Of a stretch of DNA of 64,000 bases, positions 48,760-58,149 are shown piece by piece (positions within the stretch are counted from its first letter, which is position 1; each line of letters begins with the position of its first letter). The position numbers and the translations under genes are program-made. This stretch comes from an uncultured Chitinophaga sp. (lineage in GTDB: Bacteria; Bacteroidota; Bacteroidia; UKL13-3): the NCBI GenBank assembly GCA_964603255.1, contig CAZRVA010000001.1, positions 1,177-65,176 on the forward strand, read 5' to 3'. The notes beneath the pieces are model-generated. The model did not search any database and was not told the DNA's origin. It worked only from the letters and a program-made list of their open reading frames with translations.

Positions 48760-48776
48760 AATACAGGACGTATTCT
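48758..48776 (+). promoter_or_regulatory. Hairpin overlapping the stop codon of leader peptide 2 (candidate attenuator element)
   Basis: Perfect 7-bp stem agaatac-aggac-gtattct. It is not followed by a clear U-tract. Confidence 0.4.
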
Positions 48777-48867
48777 CCAACCCATACAAAAATCTTTAGC
48801 TGGTTTCCGGCACACAATCAATTCAATTAAAATTTAAAGCAGTTGGTGCATACCAACACAACTCGTT

Positions 48868-50055
48868 ATGTCAACATACAAATTAGATACACAAATTATA
48901 CATGATATTCCTGTAGACCAATTAACCGGAGCCATTAGTGTTCCAATCTATCAAACGTCTACTTTTGTGCAAGAAGCACCTGGAGTAAACAAAGGTTTTG
49001 ATTACTCACGCACTAACAACCCAACGCGTGCAACACTAGAACAGCTATTGGCTAAATTGGAGGAAGGTGATGCCGGATTTGCTTTTGCCAGTGGTTTAGC
49101 AGCCATTGATGCGGTGCTTAAACTCTTAAAGTCGGGTGATGAGATTATTGCCTGTGACGATATTTATGGAGGTACATTCCGTATCTTCACGCATATCTAT
49201 GAAAAATTTGGAATAAAAGTAACCTACGTTGATACCACCAATATTGAGAATGTATTAAATGCCATCACAGAAAAAACAAAATTTGTTTGGATTGAAACAC
49301 CAACAAATCCAACGTTAAAAATAAGTGATATACGAGCAATTGCTGCAATCGCTAAAACCGTGGATGCATTGCTTGTTGTTGACAATACTTTCGCTTCACC
49401 TATACTACAACAGCCTATTACTTTAGGTGCGGATGTTGTAATACACAGTGCTACCAAATACCTTGGAGGGCACTCAGATATTATTGCCGGTGCAGTAATT
49501 ACGCGAACAAAAGCATTAAGTGAGCAACTTAAGTTTATTCAAAATTCATCAGGTGGCGTTTTGGGTCCGTTTGATTCATGGTTATTAATTCGTGGTATAG
49601 AAACACTGCCTTTACGCATAAAGAAGCATAGTGAAAACGCTAAAATTATCGCAGATTTTTTGGTAAATCACCCTGCTATTAAAAACCTGTATTACCCCGG
49701 GTTAGCAACACATCCTAACCATGAGGTTGCTGCTAAACAGCAATCTGCATTTGGTAGTGTAATTTCATTTTCACTCAAAACAGATAACATAGCTGCTGCC
49801 GAAAAAGTAGTTACACAAACTAAGTTATTTAAACTGGCCGAAAGTTTAGGTGGTGTTAAAAGTTTAATCTGCCATCCGGCTCAAATGACACATAAATCTA
49901 TACCTTCAATTACAAGGCAAGTAGCGGGTATCAGCGATTCACTCATTCGATTATCAGTTGGGCTGGAGGATGCTGAAGATTTAATCGCGGATTTAAAATT
50001 CGCGTTATCCCAAGTTGTAAATGAGGAGCAACCAGGACAGACATCAGTCAGTTAA
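48868..50055 (+). CDS. PLP-dependent trans-sulfuration enzyme (cystathionine gamma-synthase/beta-lyase family)
   Basis: Cys/Met-metabolism PLP enzyme pattern including the Lys motif SATKYLGGHSD; 395 aa. Confidence 0.85.
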   Translation: MSTYKLDTQIIHDIPVDQLTGAISVPIYQTSTFVQEAPGVNKGFDYSRTNNPTRATLEQLLAKLEEGDAGFAFASGLAAIDAVLKLLKSGDEIIACDDIYGGTFRIFTHIYEKFGIKVTYVDTTNIENVLNAITEKTKFVWIETPTNPTLKISDIRAIAAIAKTVDALLVVDNTFASPILQQPITLGADVVIHSATKYLGGHSDIIAGAVITRTKALSEQLKFIQNSSGGVLGPFDSWLLIRGIETLPLRIKKHSENAKIIADFLVNHPAIKNLYYPGLATHPNHEVAAKQQSAFGSVISFSLKTDNIAAAEKVVTQTKLFKLAESLGGVKSLICHPAQMTHKSIPSITRQVAGISDSLIRLSVGLEDAEDLIADLKFALSQVVNEEQPGQTSVS

Positions 50056-50104
50056 ATAAAAATTTAATAAATAAAATCAGGATAGGAACTATCCAACAAC
50101 AACT

Positions 50105-50539
50105 ATGTACAGCGATAATAACTTAAAAGTAATAACAGAACAAACAACAACACACTCCTTCATTGTATTTCCGGAGGATTTGAATTACGCAGGAACTTTA
50201 TTTGGCGGTAAGGTATTGGCCGAAATGGACTTGACAGCCGCTAAAGCAGCAAGACGTATTTTGTACAATACTTCGTGTAATGGTGCAGTAACTGCAAGCT
50301 TAAATAAAGTTGATTTTAAACGCCCGGCTTTGTTAGGAGATATTATTGAACTTACGGCAACCATTACTCGTTTAGGACGCACATCAATAGATATCTATGT
50401 TCATGTCTCAAAAGAGAATCAATTGGGAGAAATAGAAACCATTTGTGAGGCCTCTTTTGTGTTTGTATCTGTGAAAGACGGTAAGCCTTATCCACACCAA
50501 TGTTTGTTGTTAACAGATAAACCTGAATCCTTAAACTAA
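50105..50539 (+). CDS. Hotdog-fold acyl-CoA thioesterase (YciA-like)
   Basis: FIVFPEDLNYAGTLFGGKVLAEMD... is typical of YciA/4HBT thioesterases. Confidence 0.7.
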   Translation: MYSDNNLKVITEQTTTHSFIVFPEDLNYAGTLFGGKVLAEMDLTAAKAARRILYNTSCNGAVTASLNKVDFKRPALLGDIIELTATITRLGRTSIDIYVHVSKENQLGEIETICEASFVFVSVKDGKPYPHQCLLLTDKPESLN

Positions 50540-50548
50540 CTTAAAATT

Positions 50549-51796
50549 ATGACGACAAATAATACAGCAATAGGACTTTTCGGATTTGGCTGTGTAGGAT
50601 CGGGTTTGTATGAAGTACTTCAACAAAACCCAGCGCTACAGGCACAAATAAAAAAAATAGCAGTAAAGCATCATGATAAAAAACGGAGTTTACCTGCCTC
50701 CTGCTTTACTTTTAACAAAAATGAAATATTGGATGATGAGAGCATCAATGTAATTGTAGAACTTATTGATGATGCGGATGAGGCATTTATTATTGTGAGC
50801 GAGGCCCTGAAAAGAGGTAAACATGTAGTAACTGCCAATAAAAAAATGTTGGCTAATCATTTTCAAACACTAATAGATTTGGCAAAAGAAAATAACGTTT
50901 CTTTATTGTATGAAGCTGCTGTAGGCGGTTCGATACCTATTATTAGGACGTTAGAAGAGTATTATAACAATGATACTTTAACGCAGCTTGATGGGATATT
51001 AAATGGCACAACCAATTACATTTTAACCAAAACACTAAACGAGCAAAAATCTTATGAAGAGGTTTTGAAGGAAGCACAAGCATTGGGTTTTGCCGAAAGC
51101 AATCCAACCATGGACGTACAAGCTTTCGATCCAAAGTTTAAGATTGTGATTTTATTAGCACATGCTTTTGGTGTTATTGTAAAGCCTGAACAACTTTTTA
51201 ATTATGGTATTGAACAGCTAAGTCAGCATGATATTCGTTTTGCCAAACAACGTGATTACGCCATTAAACTGGTAGCATCAGCGGCAATTGTTCATCATAA
51301 AATACAGGCATTTGTATTGCCCAAATTTGTTCCTCAAAACGATTCCTTTTATGGCGTAAACAATGAGTTTAATGCCGTACAAGTTTCTGCAGCTTTTAGT
51401 GATAAACAATTACTAACGGGAAAAGGGGCGGGTAGTTTTCCAACGGCCGCTGCCGTATTATCTGATATTTCGGCATTACGTTACAATTATGCGTATGAGT
51501 ATCATAAGTTGAATAAACACCTGAAACCGGAAATAGACAACAGTGCATTTATACATGTTTATTTGCGCTACGCTAGTAATGATGTATTTGAGGAATTACA
51601 ATTTGAAACTGTAAACGAGGAGTATAGAAGTAAAGGATATAATTACATTATTGGTTCTATTTCGTTACAACAACTTATTGATGCAGATCTACTGAATAGA
51701 CAAGGTGTTTTTGTTGCTGCGATAGAGGAAGTACCACATCAATCTAAAAAGCCTTCAATTGACTCCACTATAAAATTAGCCGAAAGTATCCATTAA
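50549..51796 (+). CDS. hom: Homoserine dehydrogenase
   Basis: NAD-binding IGLFGFGCVGSG, then VTANKKMLANHF, EAAVGGSIPII and LNGTTNYIL, which are homoserine-DH signatures. Confidence 0.8.
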   Translation: MTTNNTAIGLFGFGCVGSGLYEVLQQNPALQAQIKKIAVKHHDKKRSLPASCFTFNKNEILDDESINVIVELIDDADEAFIIVSEALKRGKHVVTANKKMLANHFQTLIDLAKENNVSLLYEAAVGGSIPIIRTLEEYYNNDTLTQLDGILNGTTNYILTKTLNEQKSYEEVLKEAQALGFAESNPTMDVQAFDPKFKIVILLAHAFGVIVKPEQLFNYGIEQLSQHDIRFAKQRDYAIKLVASAAIVHHKIQAFVLPKFVPQNDSFYGVNNEFNAVQVSAAFSDKQLLTGKGAGSFPTAAAVLSDISALRYNYAYEYHKLNKHLKPEIDNSAFIHVYLRYASNDVFEELQFETVNEEYRSKGYNYIIGSISLQQLIDADLLNRQGVFVAAIEEVPHQSKKPSIDSTIKLAESIH

Positions 51797-51842
51797 TCAG
51801 AGGGTGGGAATGGGTTTGCATCTATGCAAGCCCATCACCACA

Positions 51843-52589
51843 TTAAAGTGTATTATTAATAAGTGGCAACGAACAAATGCGTTGGTAGTTATAACTTTTT
51901 AATGCATCATTAAGTACAGGCAAATGTCTGTGGCCATGACAATCACTTCCAATTAAATGCACCATCTTATTTTCAATAAGATACTCCACCGTTTTTTTAA
52001 CTTGAGGCGAGTAATAGCCAATTAATGAGAATAGGTTGATTTGAAACAATATTCCTTGTTCAAATAATTCGGTGTATTTATCTCTTCGCATAGCCATAAA
52101 TGCATAGCGCTCGGGATGCGCTAAAACTGGCTTGTATCCGGCTATGCGCAATTCAAACAATGCGCTTTTAAAGTTAGCAGGCTCCTCTGTAAATGGCAAT
52201 TCTACCAATACATGATTTTGCCCAAACGTGAGTAAATTACCTGATGCAATTTTTTTCAAAAACGCATCATCAATCATATACTCAGCTGCAGCTTGTATTT
52301 CTATATTGATGTTTTGTTTTACTAACTCTTCTCTAATTAAATCAAGAGCCGGTAAAATATTATCAGGACCATTTTTGTAAAAATCACCCATAATGTGTGG
52401 GGTGGTTATTACCTTTTTGTAGCCACGTTCAGCAAAATGTTTAATTACTGTTATACTCTCTTCCAAACTTTGCACCCCATCATCAATATTTGGTATAAGA
52501 TGGCTGTGCACTTCTGTTGTAATCGGATTGACAAAAGAGGCATCTGCAACTTTGGGCTTGATGTTAAACAGTTTATTAAATATACTCAT
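51843..52589 (-). CDS. PHP-domain protein-tyrosine phosphatase (CpsB/YwqE-like)
   Basis: HSHLIPNIDDG N-terminal motif and conserved His/Asp residues of the PHP family; 248 aa. Confidence 0.7.
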   Translation of the reverse strand: MSIFNKLFNIKPKVADASFVNPITTEVHSHLIPNIDDGVQSLEESITVIKHFAERGYKKVITTPHIMGDFYKNGPDNILPALDLIREELVKQNINIEIQAAAEYMIDDAFLKKIASGNLLTFGQNHVLVELPFTEEPANFKSALFELRIAGYKPVLAHPERYAFMAMRRDKYTELFEQGILFQINLFSLIGYYSPQVKKTVEYLIENKMVHLIGSDCHGHRHLPVLNDALKSYNYQRICSLPLINNTL

Positions 52590-52629
52590 TGGGATTGGTT
52601 AAAAACAAAAGGTTGTTTAATAAACAACC

Positions 52630-53601
52630 TTATGCCAAATATTCTTTAAGCGACATGATGTTTGGAACATTTAATGAATCTACCCTGCGCTCGTCAGCTA
52701 CCATTAACGATACCCAATCCAAACGATGAATAAGTTCATATATACTTATTAAATTATATTGTTCCAGCTGCATGGTAAGTACTTTATGATTCTCTACCTC
52801 AAGTAAACCCACTAAGAAATCAAAACGTAAATTAACGCGTTCATTTTGACTTGAATTCATCACAAAAAACACAGAATCCAAAGTATCATAATAGCTCTCA
52901 ATTACATTGTGGTTCATTTCTGGCAGTGTATGAACAAAACATTCATGCTTTGAATTCTCTTGAATTTGCTGTGCAAACCTAATTGCTATAGGCTCCAGCG
53001 GACCATCAGCCAACACCACAAACTTGCTTTTAATCCTTGAGCGTATTTCTTGAAACATCGCATCAGCCTCTTCATGGTAAGGCTCTGTTTCGGCAAGTGT
53101 GGTTGCAATGTTACTTAGCTCTTCTTTGTACTCTTTACCAATTAACTCACCCATTAACATAACTAAGTAGGTTAACGAAAAGCCTAGAGCCATACGTGGT
53201 TGAAAACCACCTTCAATTTTTAACGTGTGAACTTGATTTGATGAAGCAAGTTCATCTAACTTACCACCTGTGGTTAAAGCTAGAATTTTGCAACCACGTG
53301 CTTTGGCATCATTAAAAATGGATATAGTTTCTTCGGTATTACCACTGTATGAAGCAGCAATTACCAGCGTTTTTCCGTTAGCGTAAGCAGGTAAATTATA
53401 ATCGGCAACACAATTAACAGGCACGGGCATATCGTTTAAAAAATATGCTTTTACAATTTGGCCACCAATACCACTTCCACCTAAACCAGCAATAATAATA
53501 TTGCTAAAATCAGTTGCTTTTAGTCCGTGCGGTTTATAGTTATTTACTGCGTAGTTAATCTGATAACTAAATTTTTTTAGTGCTTCGTGTTGCTCGTTCA
53601 T
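52630..53601 (-). CDS. SIS-domain sugar-phosphate isomerase (bifunctional PGI/PMI family-like)
   Basis: SIS motif IIAGLGGSGIGG; 323 aa; lies within a sugar-nucleotide gene cluster. Confidence 0.6.
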   Translation of the reverse strand: MNEQHEALKKFSYQINYAVNNYKPHGLKATDFSNIIIAGLGGSGIGGQIVKAYFLNDMPVPVNCVADYNLPAYANGKTLVIAASYSGNTEETISIFNDAKARGCKILALTTGGKLDELASSNQVHTLKIEGGFQPRMALGFSLTYLVMLMGELIGKEYKEELSNIATTLAETEPYHEEADAMFQEIRSRIKSKFVVLADGPLEPIAIRFAQQIQENSKHECFVHTLPEMNHNVIESYYDTLDSVFFVMNSSQNERVNLRFDFLVGLLEVENHKVLTMQLEQYNLISIYELIHRLDWVSLMVADERRVDSLNVPNIMSLKEYLA

Positions 53602-53611
53602 ATATATTCTT

Positions 53612-54478
53612 TTACTTCTTCTTAATTAAATTCATCAAGTACTGACCGTAACCGCTCTTCAATAGTTTCTGGGCTTCGGTTTGCAATTGTTCCGTTGTTA
53701 TCCAACCATTTTTGTAAGCGATTTCTTCAATACAACCTACTTTCAATCCTTGACGTTCTTCCAATACTTGAACAAATTGTCCGGCTTGCATTAACGATGC
53801 AAATGTACCGGTATCTAACCAAGCAGTACCACGTTTTAATACGCCTACTTTTAGTTTTTTACGTTCAAGATAAACACGGTTTACATCCGTTATTTCTAAC
53901 TCACCGCGTGGTGATGGCTTAATATTTTTGGCAATCTCTACAACATCATTATCGTAAAAGTATAAACCAGGAACCGCGTAATTTGATTTAGGCTCAACAG
54001 GTTTTTCTTCAATACTTAACGCATTCATGTTTTCGTCAAACTCAACCACACCATAACGCTCAGGGTCGTTTACATGATATGCAAATACAACACCGCCATC
54101 TGGGTCGTTGTTTTCTTTTAACAGCTGACTTAGTCCTGCGCTAAAGAAAATATTATCACCCAAAACAAGGGCTACTTTATCTTTACCAATAAACTTCTCA
54201 CCAATAATAAAGGCTTGTGCTAATCCATCGGGGCTAGGTTGTTCTGCATATTCAAACCTACAACCAATTTGGCTACCATCTCCTAATAATTTTTTAAATC
54301 CTGGCAAATCATGTGGGGTTGATATAATTAATACCTCACGAATACCCGCCAACATTAACACCGATAACGGATAATATATCATTGGTTTATCGTAAACAGG
54401 CATTAACTGTTTACTTACTGCTAGTGTAAGTGGATGTAAACGTGTTCCACTTCCGCCTGCTAAAATTATTCCCTTCAT
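53612..54478 (-). CDS. rfbA: Glucose-1-phosphate thymidylyltransferase
   Basis: [39 protein letters not shown] is the typical RmlA N-terminus. Confidence 0.9.
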   Translation of the reverse strand: MKGIILAGGSGTRLHPLTLAVSKQLMPVYDKPMIYYPLSVLMLAGIREVLIISTPHDLPGFKKLLGDGSQIGCRFEYAEQPSPDGLAQAFIIGEKFIGKDKVALVLGDNIFFSAGLSQLLKENNDPDGGVVFAYHVNDPERYGVVEFDENMNALSIEEKPVEPKSNYAVPGLYFYDNDVVEIAKNIKPSPRGELEITDVNRVYLERKKLKVGVLKRGTAWLDTGTFASLMQAGQFVQVLEERQGLKVGCIEEIAYKNGWITTEQLQTEAQKLLKSGYGQYLMNLIKKK

Positions 54479-54561
54479 TTATATTATTGTTTTGGTTTAG
54501 ATTGCTGTGAAGCGCACTAAACTAATTTTATTATTTTAATTAAGCAATTTAAAGCCAACAA

Positions 54562-55620
54562 CTAGCGCTCAGCGTACATTTTACTGTAATAGTTTTGATA
54601 ATCTCCACTAGTAACTTCATCCATCCACTGCTGGTTATTCATGTACCAATCAATGGTTTTCTCTATACCTTCCTCAAACTGTAAAGATGGTTTCCAACCC
54701 AATTCGTTCATTATTTTATTGGCATCAATGGCATAACGCAAATCGTGTCCTGCACGGTCAGTAACATAAGTAATCAACTTCTCAGATTCACCTTCAGGCC
54801 TGCCTAAACGTTTATCCATGGCTTTACAAATCACTTTAATCAAATCTATATTAGTCCACTCGTTAAAACCACCAATATTGTATGTCTCGCCTACTTTTCC
54901 TTTATGAAACACATCGTCAATTGCCCTTGCATGATCTACCACATACAACCAATCGCGTACATTCTCGCCTTTACCATAAACCGGTAATGGCTTGTTGTTT
55001 CTGATGTTATTAATGAAAAGTGGAACTAACTTCTCAGGGAATTGATTTGGCCCGTAATTATTAGAGCAATTACTTAATACCACACGAATTTTATAGGTGT
55101 TATGATAAGCACGCACAAAGTGATCGCTTGCTGCTTTACTTGCACTGTATGGACTCTGAGGATCGTATGGCGTAGTTTCTAAAAAGAAGCCACCATCATG
55201 TAAACTACCATAAACTTCATCAGTAGATACATGGTAAAATAACTTATCGTCCATGTTGTCTTTCCATGCTGTTTTAGCTGCATTTAATAAATTAACTGTT
55301 CCAACCACATTGGTCATCACAAAATCCATCGGGTTTGTTATGCTTCTATCTACGTGACTCTCTGCCGCTAAATGAATCACATCAGTAAAACCATATTTAT
55401 CAAATAAGCTGTTTATTTCAGCTGCATCAACCAAATCAGCTTTAATAAAAGTATAATTTGGTGCATTTTCAATATCAGTAATATTTTTAAGGTTACCCGC
55501 GTAGGTTAACTTATCCAAATTATAAATGTGGTAATCAGGATATTTGTTTACAAACAAACGTACAACGTGTGAACCAATAAAACCGGCACCTCCGGTAATT
55601 AATACTTTTTTCTTCGTCAT
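54562..55620 (-). CDS. rfbB: dTDP-glucose 4,6-dehydratase
   Basis: VLITGGAGFIGSH and the YSASKAASD catalytic motif (Tyr-x-x-x-Lys in the SDR fold). Confidence 0.9.
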   Translation of the reverse strand: MTKKKVLITGGAGFIGSHVVRLFVNKYPDYHIYNLDKLTYAGNLKNITDIENAPNYTFIKADLVDAAEINSLFDKYGFTDVIHLAAESHVDRSITNPMDFVMTNVVGTVNLLNAAKTAWKDNMDDKLFYHVSTDEVYGSLHDGGFFLETTPYDPQSPYSASKAASDHFVRAYHNTYKIRVVLSNCSNNYGPNQFPEKLVPLFINNIRNNKPLPVYGKGENVRDWLYVVDHARAIDDVFHKGKVGETYNIGGFNEWTNIDLIKVICKAMDKRLGRPEGESEKLITYVTDRAGHDLRYAIDANKIMNELGWKPSLQFEEGIEKTIDWYMNNQQWMDEVTSGDYQNYYSKMYAER

Positions 55621-55741
55621 GTTATTTTACTCTTGCGTGCATTTATGTTAAACGCACAAATTTTTAAAATGGTTATGTTGATTTGACAATTTAATAGTTA
55701 CACACCCTAAACAGTCAAGCAATATATAAATTGTATTTAAA

Positions 55742-56773
55742 TTAATTGTTTGCACCTTTTAAAGCCTGTAAGTGTAATTCCCACTTCCAAGCAGTTTCTA
55801 ATGCGTTTTCCAAACTTCTTTCTGCTTTCCAGCCCAATACATTGGTTGCCTTATCGCACGATGCAAATATTTGAACCACATCTCCTTCCCTACGCGGACC
55901 AACAACATAATTTAACTTTTTACCACTTACTTTTTCAAAAGCGGCCACAACCTCTAATACGGTATTGCCGTTACCTGTACCGATGTTAAAAACGGAGTAT
56001 TGATCTGCATTTTTATCCAAAAACGCTATCGCTTTAACGTGTGCTTTGGCTAAATCAACCACATGAATGTAATCGCGAATACAGCTGCCATCTCGTGTAG
56101 GGTAATCGTTGCCAAAAACGGTTAGTTTCTCACGCATTCCAATTGCTGTTTGTGTAACAAAAGGTATTAAGTTATTTGGTACACCATTTGGCAATTCACC
56201 AATCAAAGCGCTATCGTGCGCACCAATTGGATTAAAATAACGTAAAGCAACAATTTTTGTTGTTGATGATTTAGCCACATCAAACAACAACTCTTCGCAT
56301 ATTTTTTTGGTATTTCCGTATGGCGAATTTGCTTTTACTACCGGAGAGTTTTCTGTAATTGGAAGTGCATCTGCAGTTACATCACCATAAACCGTACAAC
56401 TTGATGAAAATACCAAATGGTGAACACCATTTTTTTGCATGGCTTCTACCAAATTCACAGTTCCACCCACATTGTTTTCATAGTAAGACAAAGGTTTTTC
56501 AACCGACTCACCAACAGCTTTGTAGGCCGCAAAGTGAATGACAGCCTTAATATCAGGATGTTTTACAAACACGCTGTTTAACGCTTGTTTGTCTCTAATG
56601 TCAGCTTTTATGAAATCAAATGGTTTACCCGTAATTTTCTGGATATTCTCTATTACTTCAGGACTGGAGTTTTCGAAATTATCGATAGCCACCACATCAT
56701 ATCCGGCTTGCTGCAATTCAACTACTGTATGTGAGCCAATAAAACCCGACCCGCCTGTTACTAATACTTTCAT
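55742..56773 (-). CDS. galE: UDP-glucose 4-epimerase
   Basis: MKVLVTGGSGFIGSH...YGNTK (YxxxK). The start was trimmed to the ATG at 56773. Confidence 0.85.
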   Translation of the reverse strand: MKVLVTGGSGFIGSHTVVELQQAGYDVVAIDNFENSSPEVIENIQKITGKPFDFIKADIRDKQALNSVFVKHPDIKAVIHFAAYKAVGESVEKPLSYYENNVGGTVNLVEAMQKNGVHHLVFSSSCTVYGDVTADALPITENSPVVKANSPYGNTKKICEELLFDVAKSSTTKIVALRYFNPIGAHDSALIGELPNGVPNNLIPFVTQTAIGMREKLTVFGNDYPTRDGSCIRDYIHVVDLAKAHVKAIAFLDKNADQYSVFNIGTGNGNTVLEVVAAFEKVSGKKLNYVVGPRREGDVVQIFASCDKATNVLGWKAERSLENALETAWKWELHLQALKGANN

Positions 56774-56866
56774 GTTTAGAAGGTTAAAAACAGGCCGCAA
56801 GATATAAATTTAGTGCAAAGAAAACAGTTGTTTATGTTAAGTTTTGTCGAGGTTACTTAGGGTTGA

Positions 56867-58030
56867 TTAGTATTGAAAAGTACCGTGTGCCGATTTTACC
56901 ACTACTTCTTTCTTATCGGCAGCCTCCACATAACCAATAACCTGAGCATCAATACTAAACGATTTAGCCAATTGAATTAAACCTTCGGCCGTTTTTTCGT
57001 TAACATAAAACTCAAGCAAACTTCCCATATTAAACACTTTGTACATTTCGTGCCAAGTGCTTCCGCTTTGAGCCTGAATCATTTCAAACAAAGGCGGTGT
57101 GGCAAACAAATTATCTTTAACAAAACGTAACCCGTTGGTATAATGTAAAACCTTGGTATGAGCGCCACCGGTGCAATGAATCATACCATGTATATCGCTA
57201 AAATAGTTATCAAATACTTGCTTAATAATTGGCGAAAAAGTGCGTGTTGGCGATAAAATCATTTTACCAACATTTAACGGATGACCATCAACTTTATCGG
57301 TTAATTTTAAACCACCGGTATAAACTAACTCATCGGGCACAAGCTGATCGTAGCTTTCTTTTACATTTTTGTAATTTGAAGAAAGCACATCGTGGCGTGC
57401 CATGGTTAATCCATTGCTTCCCATACCGGCATTGTATTCTTTTTCGTAGGTGGTTTGTCCATAACTTGCAAATCCTACTATTACATCTCCCGGCTTAATG
57501 TTTTTATTGTCAATAATGCTGCTGCGTTTTGCACGTGCAGTAACCGTACTATCCACAATAATGGTACGCACCAAATCTCCTACATCCGCGGTTTCACCAC
57601 CTGTTGAGTGAATATTTACACCATAACTGCGCAACATTTCAATAAACTCTTCTGTACCTTCAATAATGGTTTGAATAACCTCACCCGGAATTAAATTTTT
57701 ATTTCTTCCTATTGTACTTGATATTAAAATATCTTGATAAACACCAGCAGCCAATAAGTCGTTTGTATTCATCACAATAGCATCTTGTGCAATACCTTTC
57801 CAAACGCTTAAATCACCCGTTTCTTTCCAATATAAATACGCTAAACTGCTTTTTGTACCTGCACCATCAGCATGCATTAAATTGCAATAAGCATCATCAC
57901 CGCCTAAAAAATCTGGAACTATTTTGCAAAAAGCCTGAGGAAATAAACCTTTATCAATGTTTTTAATAGCTGCGTGTACATCTTCTTTTTGTGACGACAC
58001 ACCGCGTTTCATGTATTTATCGGAAGTCAT
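56867..58030 (-). CDS. purM: Phosphoribosylformylglycinamidine cyclo-ligase (AIR synthetase, PurM family)
   Basis: DGAGTKSSLAY and HCTGGAH regions correspond to PurM DGVGTKL / HLTGGG. The start was trimmed to the ATG at 58030 (MTSDKYMKRG...). Confidence 0.65.
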   Translation of the reverse strand: MTSDKYMKRGVSSQKEDVHAAIKNIDKGLFPQAFCKIVPDFLGGDDAYCNLMHADGAGTKSSLAYLYWKETGDLSVWKGIAQDAIVMNTNDLLAAGVYQDILISSTIGRNKNLIPGEVIQTIIEGTEEFIEMLRSYGVNIHSTGGETADVGDLVRTIIVDSTVTARAKRSSIIDNKNIKPGDVIVGFASYGQTTYEKEYNAGMGSNGLTMARHDVLSSNYKNVKESYDQLVPDELVYTGGLKLTDKVDGHPLNVGKMILSPTRTFSPIIKQVFDNYFSDIHGMIHCTGGAHTKVLHYTNGLRFVKDNLFATPPLFEMIQAQSGSTWHEMYKVFNMGSLLEFYVNEKTAEGLIQLAKSFSIDAQVIGYVEAADKKEVVVKSAHGTFQY

Positions 58031-58149
58031 TGTGCGGTAAACTAATTTGATGCGAAGATAATACTTCAAACCCGAAACAATTAGCACGAATTAATTAACA
58101 ACACATTTTTATTATTTGAGTATTGCAGCGGTATTCCTACTTTTGGGGC

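Noticed and set aside
48301-48867. SAM riboswitch (S-box / SAM-II) expected upstream of met genes
   Set aside because: I could not find the conserved SAM-I core elements or a SAM-II pseudoknot pattern by eye. This was not formally searched, so it remains to be excluded with Rfam.
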